Positions 28,701 to 35,376 of a stretch of 49,208 nucleotides of DNA are shown here, in pieces (position 1 is the first letter of the stretch; each line of letters starts with the position of its first letter). The DNA is from a virus: the UHGV virus genome UHGV-0196072; one strand, written 5' to 3'. Below the pieces are notes generated by a model. It did no database searches. It saw nothing but the letters and a program-made list of their open reading frames with translations, and was not told the DNA's origin. The translations under genes were made by a program, and so were the position numbers.

Positions 28701-31700
28701 CTGCGCACATCCTGCAGAGCCGCCGTACTGGCGCCGGGTGCTGGCCGGCCAACGGCGATCCAGTCGAATTCGATAAAGTTGCTGGCATCCTGCTGGTTCG
28801 TCAGGTCCAGGCGAATACGATCAATGTTCCCTGTCCACGGAATATCACGCACCGTCAGGGTTGCCACCCCATCGGCATACTCCGGCTCAGCAACAATGTA
28901 TCGCTTCGTGTTAGTGAAGTTTTCGCCGGCAGACACCCAGCGGATCTCACCCGCCCAGACTGGTTTGCCGGTTTTACGAAAGCGCAGCATGATGAAACGG
29001 TACGCCGCACCATCGACAGCCAGCCCGCCAGGAGAGGTAATGTACGGATCGGTGGCGCTGTCCGCCGGGCGTAACCAGCCATCCTGTGACACACCCGGTA
29101 CGCCGGCGCTGCCGGTCCAGCCCTCGGTCGTCTGATTGTTGAAATGCCAGATAACCTGCGAATCGAACTGGATATTAGCGCCGGCAGCGAGGCTGGACAT
29201 TTCCCGCGCCAGATTTTCATCGGCGGTCTTCATCACCTGAGTCAGGCTCTCGATACTCGCCTCAATCCCCTGCGTTGCCGCCAGCAGTTCATCAGCGGCC
29301 TGTGACGCCTTCGCGTTAACATCGGCAATACGATCCGCGGTCTCCTGCTTCACCGCATTGGTCAGCGTGGTGTTGACCTGAGACAGCGACTGCTTCAGGC
29401 CATTTTCAGCAGTCTTTATCTGCGCATTCAATGCGGCATCGCCGTCGGCCAGCGTTTTGCTGACCCTGGCAATCTCCAGGTCGATGGTGGCGTTGATTTC
29501 CGCAGCCGTATCGGTGACTGACTGTCTTACCTGGGTGATGCTGTCGGTCAGCGACTTGTTCACAGTTGCGATCTGCTTGTTCGCATCTGCGACGGCGGAT
29601 TTTGCCTCCTGAACGCCTTTGTTTGCCTGAGCCAGACCAGAATCGAGAGCCTCATTGACCGAGGTGATCTCATCCGTGATGGTTTTATTCACGGCGGAGA
29701 TCTTCCCGTCAACATCAGCCGTGATGCTTTTCGCCGATGCATCAATATCCTGGCTGACCTGCTTCGCCTGGTCTTCGGCTTCCTTACGCAGAGCTTCAGC
29801 GGTCTGCTCCAGTTCCTGCTGCGTATTGCGGATACCTTCCTGTGTTTCGCTAATGGTGCGCTGCGTTTCCTCCCAGGCAGCCGTATCCTTGATCGCGTCG
29901 GTCAGGTTTTCGTAGTAGTCATCAAAGTTATCGCTGGCCATCCCCTGGACCCAGCCGGTCCACGGGCTTTCATTGCCAAGACGATCCACAAGGCGCGCCC
30001 GGTACCAGAATTCGGCGCCCATACTGAGGCCCATCTGCTGATAGCTTTTCCCCGGATAGGCTACGTCTGATAACGGCATTGGCGCACTGCCGTCCTGGTT
30101 TTTGCTGTACTGCAGTTCCGTGCGCAGCGTATCCCCGGAGCCGGTCGGGAACTCCCAGCTAACCTGGACCCCATGAACCAGCGAACGGGTTGCCAGCGCC
30201 AGCGGTGCCAGCGGCTCGCCGACCTTGCCGGTCAGGGTTTTCTCTTCGGAATACGCCCAGCCGCTCGAGATCTCCGCCGCATTGATCGCACGGACGCGAA
30301 CCAGGTAACGACCGGCATAAATGCCGCTGACCTCAAACGAGGTGGTCGAGCTGCGCGGAACATTAATCCAGTTCCCGTCGTTACGGCGCCACTGCGCCTC
30401 GTAGGCAATAGCGCCGCTGACCGCTGACCAGTTAACCTGCATCGTTTCGACGCTGATCCCCTGATTCACGACCGAGCGGGATGTGATGACAATATCGTCA
30501 GGAGGTGACTGGTTGCCCGCCGGCAATACGCTAACCGGGCGCTGATCGATAATCGCGCCGGTATCGATGCGGGCGAATTTATCCGGGTCATGTGACACGC
30601 CGGTGATCGTGAGGGTGGCATCGCCGTTCTCTTTTACCCCTGTGACCCGGTACTGCTGCAGAAAGAGGTCATTAGATTCTACGGCCCAGACGCATTCCCG
30701 TTCTGGCGTCTCACTGTACGCCGTTGTGACCGTAATCTGCCGGCGTCCGTTAACGGCCTGGATGGTCCGGCTCTGTGAGATCCCGGATGGCAGGTTTAGC
30801 TGGAGGCGGTCGCCAGGTTTGGCATCCACATCACGATCCAGCGTAATCACCCGGCCATTCACCGCGCTGATCCGCCCGCCGTTGACCCGTCCGGCCAGCA
30901 ACTCATCCGCCAGGGCAATGATATAACCGGGTTGAGGAATGCGACCGTCCAGCCCCACATCAAACTCAACGACCCGGTCTTTGTTGTTGGTCAGTATGCC
31001 CCACAGCCCCTTACGGTGGGCTTCGCTCTGGCGCGTACAGCCAATCGCGGTCAGTTCGAGCTGGTTAAAACTGTAGCGGGAAACCAGTTCCGGGATAAAC
31101 GCCGGCTCCATCGCATCAGCATAAGCATTATCCGGATCAGACCAGGAAACCAGGGCGTTGGTGTACCGAACCTGGCTGCTGCTGCTCGAATAACGGGGTT
31201 TGCCGACAATATTGGCGCGCGTATAGGTAAAATCGACATCACGCGGCATATCAGCCTGCACAACAATCTGCTCACCGTTCCAGCAGGTCATGCCCCGGAA
31301 AATGGCGGCAAAGTCTCGCAGCACAGTGTAAGCATCGTTGCGTTCCTGGACATAGACGTTACAGGTATAGCGAGGCTCCATGCCATCACCACCGCGCCCG
31401 TCAGGAACCAGCTGATCGCAATACTGTGCAATCTGGTACAACGTCCATTTGGAGATATTCGCGCTGGTCAGACGATCGCCAAGACCGAAACGATCAGAGA
31501 CAACAATGTCGTAATAAATCCATGCCGGGTTATCAGTCCATGCCCATTTGAAGCCCCCTGTCCATGTGCCGGTATATTCGCGCGTTTCCGGGTTGTAGTT
31601 ATCCGGGACACGGATAACACGCCCACGCGGCTCGCAGGAGATTTGCGGGATGGAACCATTGAACTGGCTGGAGTCGAATTCGATGTACAGCAGCGCGGTG

Positions 31701-32368
31701 TGTGGGTAACGCAGCTTCGCGTCAATAACCTCGGTGTAGCTCTGCAGCGTCATTACGTCGCCGATTTTCACGCTGTTCGCGTCCGGCGATACCTTGCGAA
31801 GACGCAGCGTCCAGGTGCTGCCTGCCTGCGGTAAATCGATGCGGTGGCTACGTTCATACCCGGAAGTAGTTTTGCCGGAGACGGCGGTCTCGAGTACGGT
31901 CTGCCAGGCTCCGCCATCCGTCTGTAAATCGATGGCGTATTTAACGGTATTCCCCACCACATCGCCGTCATCTTCCTGCTTCATCAGGGAGGGCCATTTC
32001 AGGCGGACGCGAACGGCAGAAAGTTGGGTATTCGTAAACGTGTGGGTCCAGGCGGTCTGGCTGGAAACTTCCGTCCCTACCGAAATTTCATTTTCAGTAC
32101 CTGGAATACCCTGAATATAACTTTGTGCCTGCGTCCCAGGTCGGAATTCCCAGGCCACACCACTGAAGTTTTGCGAACCATCGGCATTCTCAAGAGGGGT
32201 ACCGTCGAGATAAATATCTTTCCCGGTTAAACCACCAGCAAACTCCCCCTCACCCAATGCGATAAGAATTTTGGCTTTTGCTACAGACTGTAAATCGTCC
32301 GGCTGTTCCGTGGGCGTACGCTGTTTAGAGCTGCCACCCTTACGCCCTTTAATGATGTTATTTGCCAT
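19769..32368 (-). CDS. J: Giant central tail-fibre / host-specificity protein J (4199 aa). Architecture: lambda-J N-terminal region, about 3000 aa of inserted beta-sandwich (CBM-like) modules separated by fibrous repeats, then a lambda-J-like C-terminal receptor-binding region
   Basis: Single uninterrupted ORF. Residues 1-830 are collinear with lambda J (e.g. KTTSGYERSH, YTGTWTGGFK). Residues 3921-4199 parallel the lambda J C-terminus. Sits between gpI and the side tail fibre. Confidence 0.9.
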   Translation of the reverse strand: MANNIIKGRKGGSSKQRTPTEQPDDLQSVAKAKILIALGEGEFAGGLTGKDIYLDGTPLENADGSQNFSGVAWEFRPGTQAQSYIQGIPGTENEISVGTEVSSQTAWTHTFTNTQLSAVRVRLKWPSLMKQEDDGDVVGNTVKYAIDLQTDGGAWQTVLETAVSGKTTSGYERSHRIDLPQAGSTWTLRLRKVSPDANSVKIGDVMTLQSYTEVIDAKLRYPHTALLYIEFDSSQFNGSIPQISCEPRGRVIRVPDNYNPETREYTGTWTGGFKWAWTDNPAWIYYDIVVSDRFGLGDRLTSANISKWTLYQIAQYCDQLVPDGRGGDGMEPRYTCNVYVQERNDAYTVLRDFAAIFRGMTCWNGEQIVVQADMPRDVDFTYTRANIVGKPRYSSSSSQVRYTNALVSWSDPDNAYADAMEPAFIPELVSRYSFNQLELTAIGCTRQSEAHRKGLWGILTNNKDRVVEFDVGLDGRIPQPGYIIALADELLAGRVNGGRISAVNGRVITLDRDVDAKPGDRLQLNLPSGISQSRTIQAVNGRRQITVTTAYSETPERECVWAVESNDLFLQQYRVTGVKENGDATLTITGVSHDPDKFARIDTGAIIDQRPVSVLPAGNQSPPDDIVITSRSVVNQGISVETMQVNWSAVSGAIAYEAQWRRNDGNWINVPRSSTTSFEVSGIYAGRYLVRVRAINAAEISSGWAYSEEKTLTGKVGEPLAPLALATRSLVHGVQVSWEFPTGSGDTLRTELQYSKNQDGSAPMPLSDVAYPGKSYQQMGLSMGAEFWYRARLVDRLGNESPWTGWVQGMASDNFDDYYENLTDAIKDTAAWEETQRTISETQEGIRNTQQELEQTAEALRKEAEDQAKQVSQDIDASAKSITADVDGKISAVNKTITDEITSVNEALDSGLAQANKGVQEAKSAVADANKQIATVNKSLTDSITQVRQSVTDTAAEINATIDLEIARVSKTLADGDAALNAQIKTAENGLKQSLSQVNTTLTNAVKQETADRIADVNAKASQAADELLAATQGIEASIESLTQVMKTADENLAREMSSLAAGANIQFDSQVIWHFNNQTTEGWTGSAGVPGVSQDGWLRPADSATDPYITSPGGLAVDGAAYRFIMLRFRKTGKPVWAGEIRWVSAGENFTNTKRYIVAEPEYADGVATLTVRDIPWTGNIDRIRLDLTNQQDASNFIEFDWIAVGRPAPGASTAALQDVRSTLSNALTAEAQARSTLAAQMRGSYDGNDLEKVTSGLLYQEKTARVTAISAEVKARESLQTQFNDNKAAVSGELSSLTTEQSAQASRIGGLETSLGKKADAAALTSLTQKVEQQGATLTSQGAALTSLTNRVGQTETGLAGTNEALSGLQSVVTQQGDRITSQGQSITKLTSDLGTTNSALAKKAEAAAVTALTQQVEQNGRDIRSNTDSITSLSNQLVNGQPNRWSRRIYPVQLANAGTVPSFSDVRAVAPTVVDEVADAAKLDFTSAGSYLIALYSCQVKVAADTTITLAPGARVFDDTGAIFVNGVQVAWGNASRNTVSFELKVGWNTVEFLVNQWTGQAYINLGLKLSDKVAEMYSGLGVSALANAAGVLSSNVSQIGNDVVSNSQSITQLRNALTQTDANVASKADQTAMNSLTGRVEKTESGLTAANANITSLKSAVRAGNASGGDLIPNPTFDPAYDQMGFSVVSTTAEEVPPGCPYGYAARIASRDHHPNFAAFPATLNDVIEISALVACGAGTANFNLYVGTAVRPDTSTGAPLMAGGGKSPSATWQRTTWRFKVTQAMVDRGYIRPFLQISQNSPYGTVWFVTDWHMRNVTAAQKVQDTADATAAAVDSLTTTVTQQGNLLTSTGNRTTQLENGLATTNAAVAKKADATAVQDLTNTVTQLGNDLTAANSAITKLTGNLANTDKALAQKADATALATLDTKVTQQGKTLESQSNSLTNLSNSLSQVAADIDASGQIPGNLVVNPSFERGLDGYTGRSTATSVVEVSAPHSGTRALKVDPGSVSPGQYIPFVQGRTYEIGVWVKEPGATTDNGAGNNKLRIGNSAGQPVFERPYNSGTVGTNWTLVSGRWKATETASLPVTLSNYLISGSRYFDDFYVTDVTDRVDIDATAGAVTGLTSRVSTAEGAITSQSQQLTNLQNSLNTTNSNVSKKADATALTSVDNRVTEAEGKLTTQSQQLTNLANVLTATRNAGDNLIPNFDFLQGSTAWDIQYPAGVTFGDFGDGKAGVRLNRTTTISPGIFSNNNKPVPLNGQRKYRVVVKAKGVSGAMSLLIRRQNKIGQTDSTYEDKTVTLTTDWQTITWETGLTAAGADGQNFKLYSHPTNGEIWLDSVRVFDITDETNIKATSDAVSSLTGTVTNQGNTLTSQGQSITALNNALEGVKGDVAKKADASAVSSLTNRVTQTEKDIRSQADSLTSLNTSLKQQATRGANVLPDGSFESYAVGDVLSNARAVITSEAAHSGTKSLRVTRSTEYNPNATDNNDTHIFSGMQVRDNAVYYVEAWVKLPAGSTADPTVYMVLGFSFQDSANGWSWPGLNVKVSELSVDNWTKVSGYLTNNRTALKQAMVRISIPNTPKVRLGDAFLIDDLIITDVTDAKAALDAADANAQALSSLSASVTQNGKNITSQGSAITKLQSDVTQLGKDISGKADASALTNLTTRVTATEGSLKSQGDSLTSLQNSLNTTNSNVAKKADATALQSLQNTVEQHGRDLTAQSSALTNLENNFSSLAVGGTNLIRNADTLEGWSSRHATETYLGDRVAYTRLAKGASGYIQLDEQMLDVTGRTEFVFSFYAKGAYDGQEMASYFYNPSNTTTTETSQGVKGGAGDGKAVTKLTTAWARYWVKWVIPATSGTKRLIAARLESATSADKEVWLCRPQLETGTVMTDWSPSPDDAASGITANTSAINSLTSRVTNAEGQLTAQSQSITNLQNSLNTTNNNVAQKASAQSVSDLTSRVTSAEGKITSQGQAITKLQGDLSSTTDKVNTKADQTALNALTGRVEKTEAGLTAANSNIVSLTAAVNAGNAAGDDYIPNPSFDPAYDRMGYDVVETTADGVPADCPFRYAVRLAWRDHVPKINNIAVTPGDVYEMSALVACGTGSADFNFYIGSATTATGGIGARASGGNTKTTTAWKRATWRFTVPADTNFLRPFLQVNQSSPFGTVWYAADWHMRNVTAANSAQKTADATAKAVDSLTTTVSQQGDTLSSIGTRTTSLENSLRSTNDTVSKKADTTAVTQLQGTVTQQGNDIAAANSALTKLSSDLATTNANVNKKADASAMNTLQNQVTEQGKTLSAQGDSLTQLSNSLSQTAADIDASGKMPGNLIVNGSFERGAAGFTGWSSTATVADLQVPHSGNKALKMSAGQSNLVGQEISITQGRTYRMGVWAKQDPGTTIKDAGNTKFRVADSTGPLVGSNYGPFSSGWQLVTFDWKATKTTTASFQLTTFLSAGAMYFDDFHVLDVTDEKDIAANAGAISQMNTRVTAAEGAITTQAQQLTKLSGDLAVTNAAVSKKAEQSAVTGLTTRMTSAEGKLDSQSQQLTSLQNSLTTMNTELGKKADTSAVSSLTGRVSQVENTITSQSQSITSLTSTINTIRTQGANPWVDGTFESYSDGQVLGGSGTAVVVASQKFTGDKSLKLRRDENNGGNSDKQLGTWQSVREDAKFRFEFWAMMPADQAPSSGWTTLVGIQSQNAAGQNAWQAAVTVSEASLGARDKWVKFTGIASNNGAGRTRAVVWISTRGATGNGTPGYSLYLDDLVITDVTDAKAAQDASDATASAVSGLTARVTDAEGKITAQAQQQTALATKVDNANSRVDNMAKTLSDSQSTQASLNTSLQSQIDAQAAANIKNQTTLDNTIKSVASITSTQQTHATALEALATQQTTLTSSVGDLSASVQNTAKTVADVNGTVSSLWSMKVETVNGKNVGAGITLGSNGETSDMILYADRFSLFNRNNATAVPVMVAEGNELYIDTARIKNSSLTSAKIADGSITNAKIGNEIRSNNFVDGSQGWRIAKDGSSQFNNVIVRGRVEANSGVFKGTVQAESFIGDIATSASFNGFTVKGGEGSGTMNAWYQNSGYPMTITLNCTVRCNSYSGGVTDQRSDFYVVLTFNINGVQSKRRVVVDMRDKAGGLVDIPQSFTVNIPASNNRIGISLTGASYGPQQSEVTVGNIVVTAFRSNNGSFGQ
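21938..23248 (-). repeat. J internal module pair A'-linker-B' (aa 3041-3477), diverged duplicate of the A-B unit at an exact 4101-nt offset
   Basis: Module A' begins DDYIPNPSFDPAYDRMGY. Module B' begins GNLIVNGSFERGAAGFTG. Collinear, at about half identity by eye, through the domains and the intervening fibrous linker. Confidence 0.8.
26024..27349 (-). repeat. J internal module pair A-linker-B (aa 1674-2115), first copy
   Basis: Module A begins GDLIPNPTFDPAYDQMGF. Module B begins GNLVVNPSFERGLDGYTG. Confidence 0.8.
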
Positions 32369-32433
32369 ATTACGCCCATAAAAAAGGCCACCGCAAGGTG
32401 GCCTGAATGGATGGTATTACTTATTAAAAATAT

Positions 32434-33024
32434 TTATTGCTGGTCTTCGACATAAATACCGGCGGAAATAATCGCGCCGCCAATTCGTCGTTTGCCGTAA
32501 AGAAGGCCAACCGGGTAGCCCTGCGAGGCGGTATTGGTTACGCCGCCAAAGGCATAGCTGGCTTTATTGTCGGAGGATTCTTTACGGGCAAGGCCACCGG
32601 GCTGAGGAGAGAGCATCTGGATCACGCCTCCAAGCATCATTGATGCGCCCATACTATAAAGATATGGTGCGGCCGCAGCAGCGGGAGTGAATGTGGAAAT
32701 GAACCCCGCGACCACAAGCACTGCCCCGAGAATTGTTTGTAAGATGCCAGCCTTTTTACTACCAATGACTACAGGGACGATGCGGATAACCTCTCCACTT
32801 ACAGGGAATCCTAAATCATCCTCACTAATATTTTTCTTCCCTTTGAATACAGCAAAGGTTAATCCTTTTTCTTTGCTGTTATTCATGAATTTTTCAAATC
32901 CCGGAATTGTTGCGGATAATGCTGCTCCAGCCTCATGAACAGTCGAAATCAATCGATGATGAACATTCCCAAAGGTTTTACCAAGGACTCCAGAAAGTTC
33001 GATTTTTGTCATTATTTCCTGCAT
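32434..33024 (-). CDS. I: tail assembly protein I
   Basis: 196 aa. C-terminal Gly/Ala-rich hydrophobic segment as in lambda gpI. GGAG RBS. Confidence 0.8.
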   Translation of the reverse strand: MQEIMTKIELSGVLGKTFGNVHHRLISTVHEAGAALSATIPGFEKFMNNSKEKGLTFAVFKGKKNISEDDLGFPVSGEVIRIVPVVIGSKKAGILQTILGAVLVVAGFISTFTPAAAAAPYLYSMGASMMLGGVIQMLSPQPGGLARKESSDNKASYAFGGVTNTASQGYPVGLLYGKRRIGGAIISAGIYVEDQQ

Positions 33025-33050
33025 AACAACTCCAGTTAGTGAAAAAAAGT

Positions 33051-33473
33051 TTAATTAATGGTTGTCGGCCTTATATCCACATTTGCATTAGAATCCGTAA
33101 ATATTCTTACTACTTTCCTCTCCCCAGCTTTCACAATGAATATTCGCTCTTGCCGCTCAGGGCTCAAACTACATAATCCTTTCCCTGTCAGATTAGCACC
33201 AACAGCCCACTCCCCTTCAGATATATAAAAAGTAGCCTTTTCTTTAGGGTTCAGTTTTGCCACTTGCTCCCCATTTAAATAAACCGCTGCATAGCATCCG
33301 GACCCAACTATTCCCGCATCGCGAATGATAGTCAGAGCTGTATTATTACCAGCATTTATTTGATATTTAAAAACCCTTTCCTTTGGGGCAGAAATCGCTT
33401 TACTTGGAGGTACTACAGTACTTGCACACCCAGTTATAGATAAAATCATTAATGCCAACGCTATTTTTTTCAT
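33051..33473 (-). CDS. moron lipoprotein (140 aa; signal peptide plus lipobox LSITGC) inserted between tail genes K and I
   Basis: MKKIALALMILSITGC start. AAGGGA RBS. Visibly lower GC than the flanking tail genes. Absent at this junction in lambda. The ORF is open to 33521. Confidence 0.6.
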   Translation of the reverse strand: MKKIALALMILSITGCASTVVPPSKAISAPKERVFKYQINAGNNTALTIIRDAGIVGSGCYAAVYLNGEQVAKLNPKEKATFYISEGEWAVGANLTGKGLCSLSPERQERIFIVKAGERKVVRIFTDSNANVDIRPTTIN

Positions 33474-33514
33474 CTCGGTGTCCCTTCTGTCTTTAGTTAA
33501 AATTCCATAAAAGA

Positions 33515-34225
33515 TTAACACAGAGAATGATATCGGACGATTTTCATCGTCCTGTCTAACCAGTATCCACCATACGGCACGCGCTGACTGAGATGACCAT
33601 AAAGGTGGTGTAGCAACATGTTACCTTCCAGCAGGATCCCGGCATGATTCCACTTGTCCGACTGCACCTGCATGATCACCATATCACCCGGTTGCGGTGG
33701 ACCATCAAATTCACGAAACCCGCATTCATACCAGCAATCGTGGTAGAAGTTTTCGGGATAGTCGTTTTCCCACCAGGGGTAATCAACGCGGTAATCGTGC
33801 AGCTCGATGCCGTGAGTCTGCCGGAAATAGCTCATTACCAGCCCCCAGCAATCATAATGGCCAAGTACGAACGGGCGCTCAAGGAGAGGCAGTTCACCGC
33901 GGGGATGGATAGTCCGAAAATCCCCCTCCGGCCAGCTGATAATATGCCACGGGAGCAGCGTTGCATCGCACTGTGCCTTATCCAGTTCGCTGGGTTGCGT
34001 GGTCGCATCAGGATGGCTGTGAACAATGCCGATGATCGTTCCCCAGTCCTCTACCGCGGCGTAATCCTCCGGTGCCAGTACGAAATTATCATTCGACTCG
34101 CTGGCCATATTTCTGCAGGGGAAATAGCGCTCCACTCGCCCCTTTTGAGCAATCAAGCCGCAAGCCTCACGCGGGTATTCAGCTGCAGCATGAACCTGTA
34201 TCGCCTCAATCGTTTTCTGGCGCAT
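33515..34225 (-). CDS. K: tail tip protein K (MPN/JAB plus NlpC/P60 domains)
   Basis: HSHP JAB motif. Cys/His NlpC-like residues. Collinear with lambda gpK. Confidence 0.85.
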   Translation of the reverse strand: MRQKTIEAIQVHAAAEYPREACGLIAQKGRVERYFPCRNMASESNDNFVLAPEDYAAVEDWGTIIGIVHSHPDATTQPSELDKAQCDATLLPWHIISWPEGDFRTIHPRGELPLLERPFVLGHYDCWGLVMSYFRQTHGIELHDYRVDYPWWENDYPENFYHDCWYECGFREFDGPPQPGDMVIMQVQSDKWNHAGILLEGNMLLHHLYGHLSQRVPYGGYWLDRTMKIVRYHSLC

Positions 34226-34226
34226 A

Positions 34227-34982
34227 TCAGCTCCTTATCAGCGACGTGCCAGGGAACCCGCCAAACGGCAGCTCGTTATGCTCGCCAAAACGCAGTTTGC
34301 AGGCAGTGAGCGTTCCGTTGCAGACGTCCTTCGATGGATCATCAACCGGCTTGTTATTCTTGTCGAAATACTTTGTCCCGACATAATCGCAACCATCGCC
34401 ACTACGGTATTTATTGCGAATACACCAGGTACAAACCGAATGATACTGACGAGTAGGGATCAGTTTCCCCTGCAACCCCATCGGGCTATCAAGCGCGAAC
34501 TCCACCGTTTCATCGGTTTCAAGACTTTTGGTGTCGATAAAATAGAGGTGCCGTTTCTCCTGCGTTGGATCCGCGGTGGCATTACCCGCAGGGAAATTTC
34601 GCGCATCCAGATACTGCTTTTGAGTCTCATGGATGATGACCCGGGCCATCGCCAAATCGTCATAATGCAAACACAACGCGGAAATCGAACCATCAATGTT
34701 GCCCACCCTCAGTGTCGGCTGCGCGTCGCTTCCTGAAGTCGAGGATTCGATCCCCTCTAATTCACACGGCCACGCTTTATATTCGGTGCCCTGCCACCAG
34801 ATACTTTTAGCGGACAATTTTGATTCATCGCCACCAGCGGCTAAAATTTCCGCTTCAGTATGGGGAATGTTATATCCGTGGAAATATAAAATATCCCCCA
34901 TATTAAAAGCACTTCCGTCAATTTCGAAAAGCCGGATTTCATCTCCCGGCTCCAGTTTTTGATAATCAGCGTGAAGACTCAT
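34227..34982 (-). CDS. L: minor tail protein L
   Basis: C-terminal Cys cluster (CTWCIRNKYRSGDGCDY...CNGTLTACKLRFG) as in lambda gpL. Confidence 0.8.
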   Translation of the reverse strand: MSLHADYQKLEPGDEIRLFEIDGSAFNMGDILYFHGYNIPHTEAEILAAGGDESKLSAKSIWWQGTEYKAWPCELEGIESSTSGSDAQPTLRVGNIDGSISALCLHYDDLAMARVIIHETQKQYLDARNFPAGNATADPTQEKRHLYFIDTKSLETDETVEFALDSPMGLQGKLIPTRQYHSVCTWCIRNKYRSGDGCDYVGTKYFDKNNKPVDDPSKDVCNGTLTACKLRFGEHNELPFGGFPGTSLIRS

Positions 34983-35326
34983 GGTACGAATGCCTGTTCA
35001 AATGTTGCGGTGACTGTCATGACTTTGCTATTCAGAATGGCTTTTTGCAGGCTGTCAGCCTGAACCCGCCATAGCGCTAACTCGTCATACGGTGGTTTAA
35101 AGGCAAAGGATTTAGTTTTATGCCGTCGCAGGAATTTATAAATATCCAGGCCGGTTTGCAGATCTCCGGTAAATGAAAATGCATAATTTAAGGTTTCCGG
35201 GTTTATTCCCTCCCCTGAAACCTGCGCATATCCATCGCCAAATTGCGCCTTGCGAATATTATCCTTACTCGTTGTCGCTGGCTGACTGGCGGCCTGAATT
35301 CGCCAGGAAAATGTTTCAATAGTCAT
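34979..35326 (-). CDS. M: minor tail protein M
   Basis: 115 aa, in the lambda gpM position. Confidence 0.8.
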   Translation of the reverse strand: MTIETFSWRIQAASQPATTSKDNIRKAQFGDGYAQVSGEGINPETLNYAFSFTGDLQTGLDIYKFLRRHKTKSFAFKPPYDELALWRVQADSLQKAILNSKVMTVTATFEQAFVP

Positions 35327-35376
35327 AAATAGCCTTTATCTCCGCCAGTAAAAAAGCCGCAAAGCGGCTTCTGGTA

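Noticed and set aside
20000-29000. Possible CRISPR-like array suggested by the periodic repeats inside J
   Set aside because: The repeats are imperfect, in-frame coding repeats (fibrous TSQGQSITxL linkers) of variable period, with no unique spacers, leader or cas genes.
19916-31834. Numerous long plus-strand ORFs inside the J gene (e.g. 19916..20869, 25370..25948, 28364..29074, 30932..31834)
   Set aside because: They are antisense shadow ORFs of a GC-rich, repetitive coding region. They have no RBS, no homology signal, and overlap the continuous, clearly homologous J frame.
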